A stretch of DNA of 64,000 bases, taken from Ginglymostoma cirratum. Lineage: Eukaryota. Position numbers and translations under genes: made by a program. The stretch is taken from assembly GCA_024137785.1 (NCBI GenBank), contig JAHRHZ010000068.1, positions 2,180,928-2,244,927 of the forward strand, read 5' to 3'. Of this stretch, positions 51,463 to 64,000 are shown in pieces (within the stretch, counting starts at the first letter, position 1; each line of letters opens with the position of its first letter). The notes below the pieces were generated by a model. The model searched no databases. It was not told where the DNA came from and saw only the letters and a list, made by a program, of their open reading frames with translations.

Positions 51463-51696
51463 TGAAACTATTCCACAAAGGCTGGTATCCTGTTACGAGG
51501 TCATCCTTTATTTAAACATGGACCATCCTTGACACTGATCCAGCTCCCTCAGAGCCAGTTCTCAGAGTGAACAGAATGTTTGATGCTCCTGGTTTTATCT
51601 GTCAGCTGGGGCTCCTGGATTTGGGCTGTTAATCTGGCCCAGTCAGGGAACTCATCCAATAAGGTCCAACTGGCCAACCTCATTACAATCATTATA
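51463..51696 (-). repeat. 3' LTR of the Gypsy element
   Basis: tgaaactattccacaaaggctggtatcc..cctcagagccag..ggaactcat..aatcattata is colinear with 55630-55853 and abuts the PPT. Confidence 0.85.
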
Positions 51697-52333
51697 TCCC
51701 TCCCCCTTGAAGTCTGAGGACATAGGCTGGTTTTTCTTTTATAGATCTTCCTGGGGCGCTTTAACACCACATCAGGTTTCCCCTAACTCTGCCTCTGCTG
51801 TAGCCGGCATACAATGCACAGTAGTTCACCTCTTGAGCCCGGAGCATTGCAGAAGAAATTCATTCTCTTCTTCAGGGAGCAAAGGCGTCAACGTGGAGAA
51901 ATCCACCATCTCCATCTCAAAATCCAGGGTATCTTCAATGCTTGATGGAGAGGTAGAATCCATAGGTTCCAAAACATTCAGAATGGCAGTTGAGGAGCCA
52001 GGCATGTTTTGCTCCCGCATCATGTGTGAGTTTGCAGCTTCATGTGGTTTGTTCAGGACCGTCGCACCTACCTAAACTTTATATTTCACTGGATCTGACC
52101 TGACCTCGCATTGACCATGCCACTTACCTATGAAGGGCCATTCCTGTGGTTCCTACACTAAACTTGGTATCCTGAAGTAAATGGTCTCTCTTTCCCACAA
52201 TTGGCGTTCCTGATGCCATCTCACCCTTCCCAGGTCTGGGAAGATCAGATTTTACCTGGTTCGGAGTCTTCTCCCCATTAGCTGGAGCTATTGCATGAGG
52301 GGTAGTCCTATAATCAACTAGGAGCCAGGACTG

Positions 52334-52514
52334 ATCAGAGGAGTAGGACCGCCGACGTTTCAGGCCTAGACCCTTCATCATGAGAGGTCCTGATGAAGGC
52401 TCTAGGCTTGAAACATCGACTTTTCTGCTCCTCTGATGCTGTCTGACCTTCTGTGTTCATCCAGCTCCACACTGTATCAACTCTGACTCTAGCATCTGCA
52501 GTTCTTGCTAGCTC
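52334..52514 (+). repeat. Penelope-derived repeat with an inverted partial copy, inserted in the Gypsy integrase
   Basis: 47-bp inverted arms at 52334-52380 and 52391-52437. Flanked by a 16-bp duplication, CTAGGAGCCAGGACTG / CTAGGAACCAGGACTG. Confidence 0.8.
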
Positions 52515-55500
52515 CTAGGAACCAGGACTGTTTGTTATCTGGTGAAGCTGTAGGCTGTTTCTGTAGGCCTACCTTCAAAGTTTGGACTACTGTTTCCACC
52601 AGACCAGTGGATGATGGATAGTATGGACATGTCCTTAATGACGAAAACCATTCAACTTTAGGGAAATACTCGAATTCCCTGCTGGTAAATGATGGCCCAT
52701 TATCTGTGACTAACACTTCCGGAAGTCCATGTATTGCAAAAGATGCGCATAGTTTTTCTATCATCATCTGTGTGTTTGATAGATGAACTCAATGCATGTC
52801 CAGCCATTTTAAGCAGACTTTCATAATGACTAAGAACATTGAGTCCATGAAAGGACCTGCTTAGCTGATGTGTAACCAAGTTTAGAGTTTATGTGGCCAG
52901 TCCCAAGAATGTGGTGAAGCTGCCGGTGGTAATGTTTGTCCTTGTTGGCACTCTGGGCACTGCCCCACCAATGCGGCTATGTCTGCATCAAAACCTAGCC
53001 ACCAGACATAATTTCTTGCCAACATCTTTATTTTGAATGACCCTGGTGGAGTTCAGCCAGTATCTGGTGACAACCTTTGCTTGGGACAATCACTCTTGCT
53101 CTCCAGAATCATATGCCACCCTCTGCTGTGATCTAGTCTCTCCGGATCCAAAAGGTTTTCAGTTCTGGTTGTGTCGGCCCTTTGGCTTCCCCCAGATACA
53201 CCAGCTGTTTCAATTTTGCCAGGAGCGGATCTTACTGCGTCTAAAATCTGATATTGTCAGCTGTGACTAGATGTGTGTCTAGAAAATTTAAAACCACTAT
53301 GGACTCTTCCAGTGGCAATACCACTAGTGGTGTATCTGCCAGTGGGAGATGGCTCAATGCATCCACATTTGCTACCCGGCCTCCTGGACAGTGTTCCAAC
53401 TTGTACTTATACACACTTAGTACTAGAGCCCGTCACTGAATCCAGCCTGAATCTATGGGCAGCACTGCTTTGTCCTCTTTAAGTAGGCCTAGTAGATGTT
53501 TGTGGTCTGTTATTATTACAAATTTACATATGGCAGAACTTCCTGAGTCCAAATACGACCACCAAACTTTCCTTTTCTATTGGGAGTGTTACACTCTGCA
53601 TTAGCCAGAGTCTTGGATGCATACACTATTCGGCATTCCTCTCCATATGGCCACTATGGGCTAATACTACCCTGATGCCATACAGGGAGGCATCACATGT
53701 TAATACTTCCTTGGGATCAGTGTAATAGTTGTTTCTTAACTTCTGTGAAAGCTATGGCTTGGCTACATGACCATTTCCATGGCTGACCCTTTTTAAAGAG
53801 TTGATGCAATGGTCCCAAGATGGAGGCCAGGTTATGTATAAACTTTCCATAATAATTTACCAACCCGAGGAATGGTCTAGGGTCCAGTACAGACATGAGA
53901 GTCAGGGCACGTTTGATCAACCTCACTTTATCTTCCAAGGGGTATAAACCAGTCTTGTTGACTCTGTAGCCCAAGTAGGTCACTTCGGATGCCTGGAACA
54001 CACATTTTTCCCTTCTAAGGTGTATGCCTGCCTGGGAGAAACATTTAAGTGCCAAGGCCAAGTTCTCTCAATGCTCCTTGTTAGTCTTCCCTATTATTAG
54101 CATGTCATTTAGATAAATGGCAACCTGGGGTGGACCTTGTAAAAAGTTCTCTATCCGCTGAAAAATTGCCATTTGGGTTATCGTCAGCCTGTGTAGTCTT
54201 GTATATTGGTAAAAATGCTTATTAGTATTAATTATAACATGCTTCTGGGATTTCTCAACTAACCACAATTGCAAATATGCATGGCTCATGTACAGCTTTG
54301 TGAAGGACAGCCCCCCTGCCAACTTTGCATATAAATCCTTCGTCCGAGGGATTGGGTATTGAATTAGGACTTCATTAAGGCAGCCATTTTCTAATTGAAA
54401 AATGTTGTGTCAATCTAGGTGTATCTTTCTCAGTCAATTTCAGCTCATCAAGCTTGGACCGGAGCCTTTTACTACAATCAGTGGTAACTGAACCAGTTGC
54501 TTCTCATACGAGACCAGAACTGACGTTGTACCCTTAATCTGTAAAGGTTCCACAATAGAGGTTCTTAGTCGAGTCAAGGTCTTGTGTACACTTAAGGGTT
54601 GGAGTTCAGAGTACAATTGTTAAAACAACCACACTAATATCAACTTCCGTTAGAACTGGGTGACCATTTAACCGGATGTTTATTTTGATTAGTTCTGACT
54701 TGGATATTGCTAAGCCATTTAACTGTAGCAAACCAGATTTAAGTGGACTTTCCAAGGTGTGCAGTCTCCTGGATACCATTTAGTTCTAAGGGAGCTCTTC
54801 TGCTATCTTGAGTCTGTATACTGGCAGCAACTACAATGGCTTGCTGGCCTAGATCCTGAAGAAAATTTTACGTGTTTAGCAGAAGCTTGGATTTGTTCTG
54901 GGGCTTTGCTGTGGGCTGACCTAAAGTTCCTTTTTTCAGGCTATAACTTTGTCCTGGGTGAAGCTATGCAGTTCTTCCCCAAGCCCAGTCTGCCTGGCGA
55001 GGGTGTCCACTTCCATCAGAATACCCTACAATTTACATGCTCCACTTGCCGTATTTTCTGATGATAAAGCCAGTTGTAGTGCCTGTTTGAAGTTCTGTTG
55101 GGCTTCAGCTAATAGGCAATTTTGCATGATTACATCATTAATCCCACATACCAAATAGTCTCTCAACATCTCATTAAGGGTTAAACCAAAATCATATGCC
55201 TCTGCCAATCATCTTAAATAGTCAAAGATCCCGATACAGATTCCCCTGGTTCTTGAATTGCCAAGTAAAAGCAATAACATCTCAGAATTAGAGAAGGCCT
55301 GGAGTTGTAATATTCTTTAACTAAATACATCAACTCTTGCAAGTTTTTTGTATCTGGTGCCTCAGGATAAGTAAGACTCCTAACAACTAAAAAAGCTGTG
55401 TGTCCACAAGCTGTCAGGAGAAGTACTCATTTCTTTACATCTTCCCCAATATTATTTGCCTGGAAAAAAATAATGCATTCTTTCCACATACTGCTCTCAG

Positions 55501-55629
55501 TCTTCGATGGCAGGATTGAATGAGTCAACCGTCCCAAATAAAGGCATTATGCCAGAAACACTTACCCTAACTCAAAGACGACTGATGCAAATGAATTTCT
55601 TCAAGGGCATCCTTTTCTCTCATCGCCAC

Positions 55630-55853
55630 TGAAATATTTCCATAGAGGCTGGTATCCCATCACCAAATCACCCTTAATTTACAGGTGGAGAGAACTTGAC
55701 ACCAGCTTCCTCAGAGCCAGCTATCGGTGAATAGAACCTCTGATCCTCCTGTTTGTATCTGTAAAGTAGGGCTGCCTGATTGTACCAGATTAACACTCCA
55801 ATCACGGAACTCATATTCTATGAATTCTCATTATTCTTGTTATAATCACTCCA
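55630..55853 (-). repeat. 5' LTR of the Gypsy element
   Basis: tgaaatatttccatagaggctggtatcc..cctcagagccag..ggaactcat..aatcactcca; abuts the PBS. Confidence 0.85.
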
Positions 55854-57079
55854 CTGGCCTAGTCAGCAACACCCACATCCTGTGAATGAATATCTTCAAA
55901 ATCCCAACAAACTGGTGATAAACATGTTTTGTGGCTCAGATTTTTCCATTTAATGACAGAAAAAATGTCATTGCGCCCAGTCCTTTCCGTTCAGAAACTG
56001 ACAATATCTAGAGCTTGTACATGCACGGCCTAACGTGGAAATCTAGAAATTGCTGTTTGTGTTTCTCCAGCGCTGCTCTGCCGAAGTCTCCCAACACTGT
56101 ACTGATTTAGAAATCTATGAACTGATGAGAAATTCCACTCTTGTGTTTTACACGTTCAATAAAAACCTTGTAAAAGGTATGCCTTGTTGAATAAAGTATC
56201 ACTAGGTCTGTAACAGCATCCTGAAAGACCTGTTGAAAGACATCTCTGGCCCTGAAAAATGTTCTATTTGTGGTAAGTCAAATATTTTTATCGTATTAAA
56301 ATTCCGCCTATTAAATTTATACTTTGAAAATTCGCTAATGAATTTGACACTTTGAACTTAATCCATGTATGAAGTTAAACAAAGATATCTTTTCTCTGAG
56401 AATAGTTATTTAGCATATGCAAAAAGAGTTATGTCGTGGCAATGTCAGATAATGCTGAATTAGAGCTTGAGTCTTTTAGTTTCACTTAGAATGTCATCTC
56501 TTATTCTTCTTCATAAATAGTTATGTTTAATAAAGACTGTCAATGTTCACTTCAACAAGTGTAGCCCTCATCTTACTACATGGTGGAAATGTTGACTGGA
56601 CAGTACAGCATTACAGCTGAAGAATGAATACAGCCTAGCCATTGGACCACAGCGGTGTGGAAATAAATGAACAGAAGCTTAGCAGTGACAGGATACAGGA
56701 CTTCAAGGTGCATCTAGGTATTGATCCAGGTACAGAGAGAGAACGAAAACCATGCAAAAGCTGGAAAAGTAAGATGAAAAGCCCACAGTACATGGCAATA
56801 CTTTTAACAATAGCAATTAACTACAGCCAGTAAAATACTATCAAAGATCTGAAAACATGCAGGCATGGGGAAGGAACAAGTGCTCAGGAAACTCATCAAC
56901 AGCAAGCACACAAAGAAACATGATGGCAGGAACTAAACCAGGCCAGTTTTATGGGGGGTCATAAATGCAAAGAGACACAGCCACAGATGCAGGTAAACAA
57001 GAGGTAAAATAGTCTACTTCTTTCACAGGTCTACAATCTCTCACCACTTAAATAACACACTTTGTAAAAATGTACTTGC

Positions 57080-57345
57080 CAAATTGGGCAATGTCACATT
57101 TCTTCAGATTGTAGTCTGTTTTCTAGATCTTTGCACATTCATCTAATCTGACCTCTTTGTAACCTCCTTAGATCCTCTTCGCAATTTAGTCTCTTACCTA
57201 TGTTTGCATCATCAGCAAATTTAGCAACCATACATTTGGTCCGTTCATCCAGATTATTTATATCAATTAGCAAAAGTTAAAGCTCCATCACTGATCCCTG
57301 TGACACTCCACTCATTACCCATTGCTACCCCAAAAATGATCAAAT
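57080..57345 (-). mobile_element. CR1 RT fragment
   Basis: tttgcatcatcagcaaatttagc is antisense to AKFADDAN; actgatccctgtgacactcc is antisense to GVSQGS. Confidence 0.75.
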
Positions 57346-58989
57346 TTCTAATACTAGTCAATTTCATACCCGTATCATGCTGTAAAACTCTATGACCCTA
57401 TGCTTCATTCAAGCAATATGATAACAGTATAATCTTTTGACTTGCCCAGAACATCCTTCCTAAAGGCTTTAATTGGGGTGGAGTCAATCACTCATTCAGT
57501 GAGCTCTTCTGTTAGTTCCTCTTTGGAAATGTTACATTCATACACTTGGCAGCGGCATCTTCTGAGAAACTGGTCAGTAGGCTTCTGAGGTTTCTTTTGT
57601 ATGTCATGTGTTGACGTCTGTTAATCTTTAACTAAAATCTTACCATGAACTGATCTCTGAGAACTTTCCTTGATATTTCTGATTGTCTATGGAAAGACTG
57701 GATGTGTTAATTCTGTGAAGCCACTCCTTGCTAATGCCAAGCAAGATTTTTAGTGTTCCTTTCTTAGGATCGTCTATCACTTGGTGTGTAAAATGAAACT
57801 GCATATATTATTTGAAAAGTTGTAGTTCAGTAAAGGTATTATTGGATGCCCAGTCCACAAGTGTTTGCCCTCATTTTTCTTTGGAAATCCTTTACTTTTA
57901 GAAGTAGAGTGCACAGTGTTTACTTAATTTGTTTACTGGTTTTGCTTCTAGCTCCTTTTTTTTTCTCTTTTATGCCTTCGTTATCCTTTATTTTACTAGT
58001 TCCAGCTCATTTATTAGCCTATCTATTTGGGAACTGCATGGTCGATTCTTAAAAATTACAGGCTTTTATTTTCAGGCTGAAGCGTCTCAGTCGTATGCAT
58101 GCCAATTAACACCAAGATTTTTTTTTATTATTTTGGCACTATTTGAAAACAAAATGGTGGAATCAAATAAGCTCTGGATAGTGGTAAAATCGTTGCATGG
58201 CTGTCTGTATTCAAAAAAGCTGATGCTGTTGATTGTACAAATTATGTGACATCTCGGGCTGTTGTCCAGCTGATCTTCAATTAGTTTCCTTGATTTTGGA
58301 GTCTTTGCTTTATATAAGGCCATCACTGCTAAACATGATGTGATTATTGCCTCCAGTAGATATCTTTACCTCATGTGTTAAAGTTTGCATTATCCCTCAT
58401 AACACACAAAAAAAAAACAGTTTGGATAATGCAGTATTGAAGGATCTCCAACAGATGTGAATTGCAGCTGGCTGTTTTACACAATTACTACAGACACATA
58501 AGAGACTAGGATGGTATTAGGCTCTCTCAGCTTACATATTCTGATACCGTAAGCCTGTCTTCTAAAAGTTTGTTGACATACTGACTCCGAGACGTAAGAC
58601 AACAACCATAATCTCGGCCATTAGTGTAACAGGAAATGCAAGAGTTCCGACAACGACCTCTGCAAAATTCCAATACAGGCTTTCTTCCAGGGCAAAAACA
58701 TCCATTAACATTACTCTGTATCTCTTTTTTTCTCAAACACTCTAGTCCTGATAACATCCTTGCAAACTTTTTTCTGTACCATTTCTAGTTTAACAAGAAC
58801 AGATTTATATGACCTGGTGGAATAGAATCTTTCATTTTTCAAAAACAAGTTTACAACAATTCTTTGCTTCAGGGCTTGAGTTCAAAAGGTACAATGATAG
58901 AAGTTTCCCTGAACAGCGAACACCAATTTGTGATTAGGAATCACAGTTTTAGACAGTTGAGGGCAGAGATAAGGCGTATTTGTTTTCTG

Positions 58990-59292
58990 AATAGAATAGA
59001 ACCCCTACAGTGTGGAAACAGGCTCCCAACAAGTCCACACCGCCTCTCAAAGCATCCCTCATAACCCACCTAATCTACACATCCCTGAACACTATGGGCA
59101 ATTTAGCATGGCCAATCCACCTAACCTGCACATTTTTGGACTGTGGAGGAAACCGTAGCACACGAAGGAAACCCATGCAGGCATGGGGAGAATGTGCAAA
59201 CTCCACACAGACAGTCAACAGAGGGTGGAATCGAACCCAGGCCCCTGGCACTGTGAGGCAGCAGTGCTAACCACTGAACCACCGTGCTACCC
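58990..59292 (-). mobile_element. HE1-type V-SINE
   Basis: Reverse complement of the 15172-15520 family: ctacagtgtggaaacaggc..ggggagaatgtgcaaactccacacagacag..cagtgctaaccactgaaccaccgtgctaccc. Confidence 0.9.
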
Positions 59293-59390
59293 TTTGCTCA
59301 GAGGTTTGTGTGACTTTGGAACTCACTGTCTGAGAAAGGTGTGGAAACAGGATTATTCGATAGTTTTAAGGCAGAGATGGGTAGGTTCTC

Positions 59391-59526
59391 AGTTCTGAGG
59401 AAGGGTCACTGGACCTGAAACATTAACTTTGTTTTCTCTCCACAGATGCTGCCAGACCTGCTGAGTTTTTCCAGTAATTTCTGTTTCTGATTCTGATTTC
59501 CAGCATCTGCAATTCTTTCAGGTTTT
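59391..59526 (+). repeat. Penelope-derived short repeat with hammerhead-like core
   Basis: CTGAGGA (59395-59401)-AGGGTC-ACTG-GACCT-GAAAC (59417-59421). Flanking 13-bp imperfect duplication at 59377-59389 and 59527-59539. Confidence 0.75.
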
Positions 59527-59659
59527 ATGGATAGTTTCTTGTTCGACAAAGAAATCAGATGTTGTTGGGTAGATGGGAGTGTTGAATTTAAAACATAGAC
59601 AATGATCTTATTAAATTGTGGAGTAGGTTCGAGGAGCTGTATGGTCCACTTAAGACCAT

Positions 59660-59930
59660 AAGATGCCTCTAGTGCCCTTCCTGATTTTAAGGAAGATTGG
59701 AAAAGTGTGGTCAGTGTCTTCACAGTTTGCACTCTCACTTTCTTCTGTATCCTCAGATGCATTTCATCTGGTTTTGATGCCTTTAAGTACGAGCAACTTA
59801 TCCTATGCTTCCTTAACTGTGTCTGAAGTACCTCCTCCTTCATCACAACTGGGGAAACATCATCTTCCTTTGAAAAGACAGATGTAAAATATTAATTTAA
59901 TATCGTAAGCCATTTTACTGCTTTGATGCA
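59660..59930 (-). mobile_element. CR1 ORF2 fragment
   Basis: KASKPDEMHLRIQKKV..LTTLFQSSLKSGRALE. Confidence 0.7.
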
Positions 59931-60439
59931 TAAATCATAAAAATGTTATTCTATTTAGATTGACAGAATGGCATGAATGTTCTTCCCTACTCTGTACTGT
60001 CAGGTAAATGGTACACAATTTTCCTAAACACTATTTGGGGAAAAAAAAAATCAGGCAAATTAACATAAAAGACTGAGGAAATGATACACCAATGTGAATG
60101 TAATTGAAGGGATTGTGTAAAGAAATAAATAGGCACAAAGAAAATGTGCTATCTGGGTAACACCATTAAAAACTGATCTCAAAGGCAGTATGCATGGACA
60201 TTTTTCTTACTTAGACCTTGTTAACTGGTGTTACATTTTCTATTAGATTACAAAAAAGGAAATGAAATGGGAGTATGGGATAAGCGTGTTATGCTAGGAA
60301 GCCTCACAAACAAATTGGTGTTGATTTACAACTGTTCATATGATAATACTGTGGCTATTTGAAGTAGAATCAAAAAAGTTATTGGAGAATGATACATATG
60401 AGGAATAAACTATCTGAAGGTACTAATTAAAGTAAATAA

Positions 60440-60800
60440 GGGAATCTAGAAAGCCTATCACTGATCTTGGTTAAATGGTGACTTCCAACGCATTGTGACA
60501 TGCTGTAGAGTTCACTATCACTCTTCAGCTTCATCCAGTATGATGAATTTCTTGGCTGTGCTATACAGGATGAGTAATGGAAGTTAAATGAGTGTGAACA
60601 ATATTGCCTGACAGAATTAAAAATAGAATGTATACATTTGGAAATCAAGCATTGGTGCCTGTTACCCACAATTGCAGAGGCATTCAAGTAAATGAAAGCC
60701 TCTTCACAGAAAGTCTCAGGGTTGTTTTTGACTATGAATAAACAGTGTTTGTGAAAAATGGAGAACAACATAGTTTGAGCTTGCTTGGTTGGTATATGGT
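60440..60800 (+). mobile_element. Possible Tx1/L1-clade endonuclease-region fossil
   Basis: ctgatcttgg..ggtgacttc (LIL..GDF) and tggaagttaaat (WKLN) followed by ..TELK, in the order seen in L1/Tx1 ORF2. Confidence 0.4.
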
Positions 60801-63079
60801 GTTTGTCTTTTATGTAGTGTGGTAGTTTCAACACTCTGAAATTAGCACCAACCACACCAGTCCTTCTTTGGTCCTTTATATAATGTACTAGTTTTAGCAT
60901 TCCTGGAATTAGTACCAGCCATACCAGCCTTTCTTGTGGCATACCTGGTACCAATGACCTCTGCCCCCAAAGAATACCTGTTTCTTTTGATGCAAATGAG
61001 GTGGTTTTCAGTGAATTGAGATGAACTTTTACTGGGGAATTGGAAATACATTTCAAAAGAAAAAAATAATTCTAGGGCTATTGGAAAATAGTAGAGAATG
61101 GGACTAATTAGCTTGTAGTTTTAAAGACCCCAAATAGTGTGATCGCCTCTGTTCTCTATGATTCTAAGAACTCTCTTGCATGGTCACAGAATTCCCAATG
61201 CTCACAGGACAGGAAAGGCATGTCAGCAGAAGTCCTGTCAGAGATTTTTTAAATCAGGTAGAGAGAGGAATTCTCAGATTTTATTTGCTTTTGTGAATGT
61301 TGATTGTGTGCTCCAGCATAGTTCATCCAGAAAGCCTCAAACTTCCAATGATCAGATCTGCGAGGTCCCACAGACAGGCTGAAGATTTCAAGATGAGTTG
61401 TCTTGTGCATTTCAAAACTGTAATCCTCTAAAATGTACAGTTGTAATCATGATTTAATTCACAACCAGAAATGCCCAAGTATCCTGTGACCAATTCACTA
61501 CTGCAGTTCTGCAATGTCTGCCATTGCACAAGCAATTCCTTGTGCAACATTTGCTGATTTAAAGCCCACAAGGAATGCTCCAGATCATACAAATGCTCAA
61601 GTGCATGAAATTCTAATTCTCTTGTTCAACTTAGGATGTCTACTCTTAAAATGACTGTTATACTAACTAGATAGAAATTACTATATTACACTTACCCTAA
61701 AGAAGACTGTAAATGTATCTTGAAAGGCATCTTCACTATTCAAACTTTATCTTACAATTAATGCTGAGCCCTACTACAATAATTACATGTTAACATTAAT
61801 TTTACACAGATTTGCAAACAAATTGTTTTTGGCATGCAAGTCTGGATGAATTGTCCACAATGGTATTTTCTTTTCCAGGCAAATGGACAATTTTCGAATC
61901 ACAGCGTTAGAGAATTAAGTTCCATCAAATAATTTTGAATTCTTGGTCTGAAACTTGCCTAAGAAAATCAAACAATTGTGATCCATATAAATGTTAGTTT
62001 CTTCCATGTTGTTGCTGATATATATTTCAAAATTATGCAGAGTCAATACAAGACTCAATGAGTGGAAACGTATAGGGGTCTAAGCAACATGGGCTATGGC
62101 AGTAATCAGATGAGAAGAAGGTTCCCGTCCTGTCATAAGGAGCAACTCAAGCCATCTTTTATGCTTTTCAGAAGCAGCATGGCAAAATCTTTGTTAGATA
62201 GTGGTGGGTTGCCACTTTAAGGGAATTATTTTTGTTAAACACTTCATTGACAGCTTAACTCACCTCTTAATATTCATCTTTCTATTTTATTAAACTCACC
62301 AAACAAGCTTGATGTGGAAACCAGGGTTAGGGTACCTGTTGGATTCAGCTCATAATTTGATCCAGATGACCTCCTTTTTGCAGACAACAACAGCTCAGGG
62401 TATGGTCCACAGGCAGCAGTTACTCACATCCTTTATTCATGAACATTGGCATCTTGCATCTGCCAACCCATCATGATCATCATGGCACTTCTTGGATAGA
62501 TTGGCAGGCCACTGAAGAAGCACTGACACACATTCAAAGATGTACTGGCAACAAAGACACTCAGTGAAGAGGGCAGTCACTAGCAATGTCATGGTGCAAA
62601 GCCACATTGCCCTCAAAATGAGTTGGCATGGTTGACACTCCTCGAACATACAACCCCACCTCTCACCTATGTCACCATGCTGCACAATTAATCTGTCTGT
62701 GGCTACATCTTGTCTGAGCACCCTCTAAGTTAGCGCTACCCTGTCTCCAATGCTCACTGTAGAGCCACTGACTGTCATTGTCTGTTGGGGAATATCTAGT
62801 ACATAGCCTTCGTAAGTCACCTCAGTAGATTTCTGAAAGATAAGACTTGCTTGTAACTTCTACATTTTCCAATCTGATTGTTGAAAAGTTAACTTATGAA
62901 TTTTCCATTTCAGATTCACTCTCCCATTGCTCTCATATTTCTATTTAACACCCTATTTCCTTCTCTACCATTCGTACACTTCCTGACTATCATTCCTATC
63001 ACACCTTTTCAACATGTTAACATTACACACTTGTTGACTCCTCTTGTCCACAATACTTCTTGATTTGATAGGGTTATAA

Positions 63080-63700
63080 TTTTCCTCACATTCTCATTTT
63101 TTCCTGTAGCTTGAGGGACCTTTGGCTTTCTCCCTTTCAGATTCCACAAGTCTATTTAGGTTTCAGCCTTTCAGCCCTGAATTTCAGTAGAAAAGCTGCA
63201 GATGCAAGTTCATCAGCATTCAGTATTGCCTCTTTGACAGTTATAGAATGTTCTTTTGACAAGCTGGTGTATATGCAGAAAGCTGCCCCTTTCAACATAT
63301 TTAGTAATCTTAAGGACTAAATCTCTTTCAGTCATTTCATCTGTCCGGATACCTTCTCAGACGAGGTAAAATGCCTTTCAGCTCCATCCTCATTAGGCTT
63401 AAGCACTAAGCATAGATTCTTAGTTAAATCATACCCCTCAGTGGAATCATAATCATCCTCTAGGCTATTACCATTCTTCCTTCTTTATTCTAAGCTTTTC
63501 TTTGGTTAACTTGCGCTCTTCAACTTTTCCATCTCTTTGGAGTTCAAGTTTTCTGAATTCCATTTCTATCTGCTCATCTCTGTCCTCTCTTTCCAATTTA
63601 AGTTTTGTTATTTCTATTTACCTCTGATTTTGATTTTCCTCTTTTTTTGAACTTAAGATTTTTCATTTCTAACTTAAATTTCACTAATTCATTCTCCCAG
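63080..63700 (-). mobile_element. Gypsy gag (SCAN-related capsid) fossil
   Basis: Minus strand: an E/K/R-rich coiled coil, YDLTKNLCLVLKPNEDG, then LLNMLKGAAFCIYTSLSKE..VKEAILNADEL..A..KFR. Confidence 0.7.
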
Positions 63701-64000
63701 TTCTAAATGTTGTATAATCACATGAAGCATCCTGTCCTTATGAGACTCTTATTTTGCTTCTCCCTTCAAGTTATCCACTAATGCCCTCAATTTGGCCTTT
63801 GTCAGAATTTAAAATAATCTACTGTTATATCTTCCACTTGCAGAAATTCTTAGAAACATTCAAAACAATCTTAAAAATTTTGGGCTATAATATTCACCAT
63901 AATACAGTTGCTTTATGCATAGAACCAGTCAACAGCCCTTACTTGAACAAAAAAAGATACAAATCCCTCTTATATCCCATGAGTTCATAAAACCTGCCGA

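Larger units (their letters stand above)
51463..55853 (-). mobile_element. Gypsy/Ty3 LTR retrotransposon, two LTRs, decayed gag-pol
   Basis: Gag LNEMLRDYLVCGIND; RT QYPIPRTKDLYAKLAGG..IYLNDMLI..VTYLGY..FLGLVNYYGKF; integrase HGLPEVLVTDNGPSFTS. PBS-like GTGGCGATGAG next to the 5' LTR (<=55629). PPT at 51697-51708. TSD CTTGC/CTGGC. Confidence 0.93.
51185..55890 (+). mobile_element. tRNA-derived SINE (probably MetaSINE-like) split by the Gypsy insertion: 51185-51462 and 55854-55890
   Basis: Core catctggctcactaatgctctttagggagggaaactgccatccttacctgatctggcctacatgtg. The tail gggcaataaa.. resumes after the LTR as ctggcctagtcagcaacacccacatcctgtgaatgaat. Superfamily name is from memory. Confidence 0.7.
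58900..59655 (+). mobile_element. CR1 3' fragment interrupted by an HE1 SINE and a Penelope-derived repeat
   Basis: gggcagagataagg..|..cagaggtttgtgtgactttggaactcact..ttttaaggcagagat..|..atgatcttattaaattgtggagtaggttcgaggagct. Confidence 0.65.

Noticed and set aside
60427-61056. Longest ORF in the window (209 aa, minus strand)
   Set aside because: TTG start and no domain. It is probably the antisense shadow of a decayed Tx1/L1 segment.
62350-62810. Possible Harbinger transposase N-terminal remnant
   Set aside because: Only a vague PRTY.P-like resemblance, which is insufficient.

Overview
Eukaryotic, AT-rich, repeat-dense DNA. The repeats (HE1-type V-SINEs, abundant CR1 and L2 LINE fragments, Penelope-derived short repeats) point to a cartilaginous fish, most likely a shark; the taxon is an inference. 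The only host-gene signal is a probable 5' end on the + strand: a pyrimidine-rich tract, a CpG-rich first exon ending at 6900, and a coding exon at 7558-7645 (MDREGSNLPENHETPKDNCSLLIN). The remaining ~56 kb looks like one or a few very large introns filled with transposon fossils. These include a two-LTR Gypsy element nested in a SINE, two other Gypsy remnants, CR1, L2, Rex1, Tx1, Penelope, Harbinger and a hAT MITE. Most ORFs in the track are TE fragments, antisense shadows or low-complexity artefacts. The most interesting items are Penelope-derived repeats with hammerhead-like cores, a non-autonomous element family sharing its 3' tail with Rex1, and an unassigned ~0.9 kb decayed reading frame at 19.5-20.4 kb. 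All family assignments come from recalled motifs, not database searches, and most boundaries are approximate. I found no convincing wholly new biological system.
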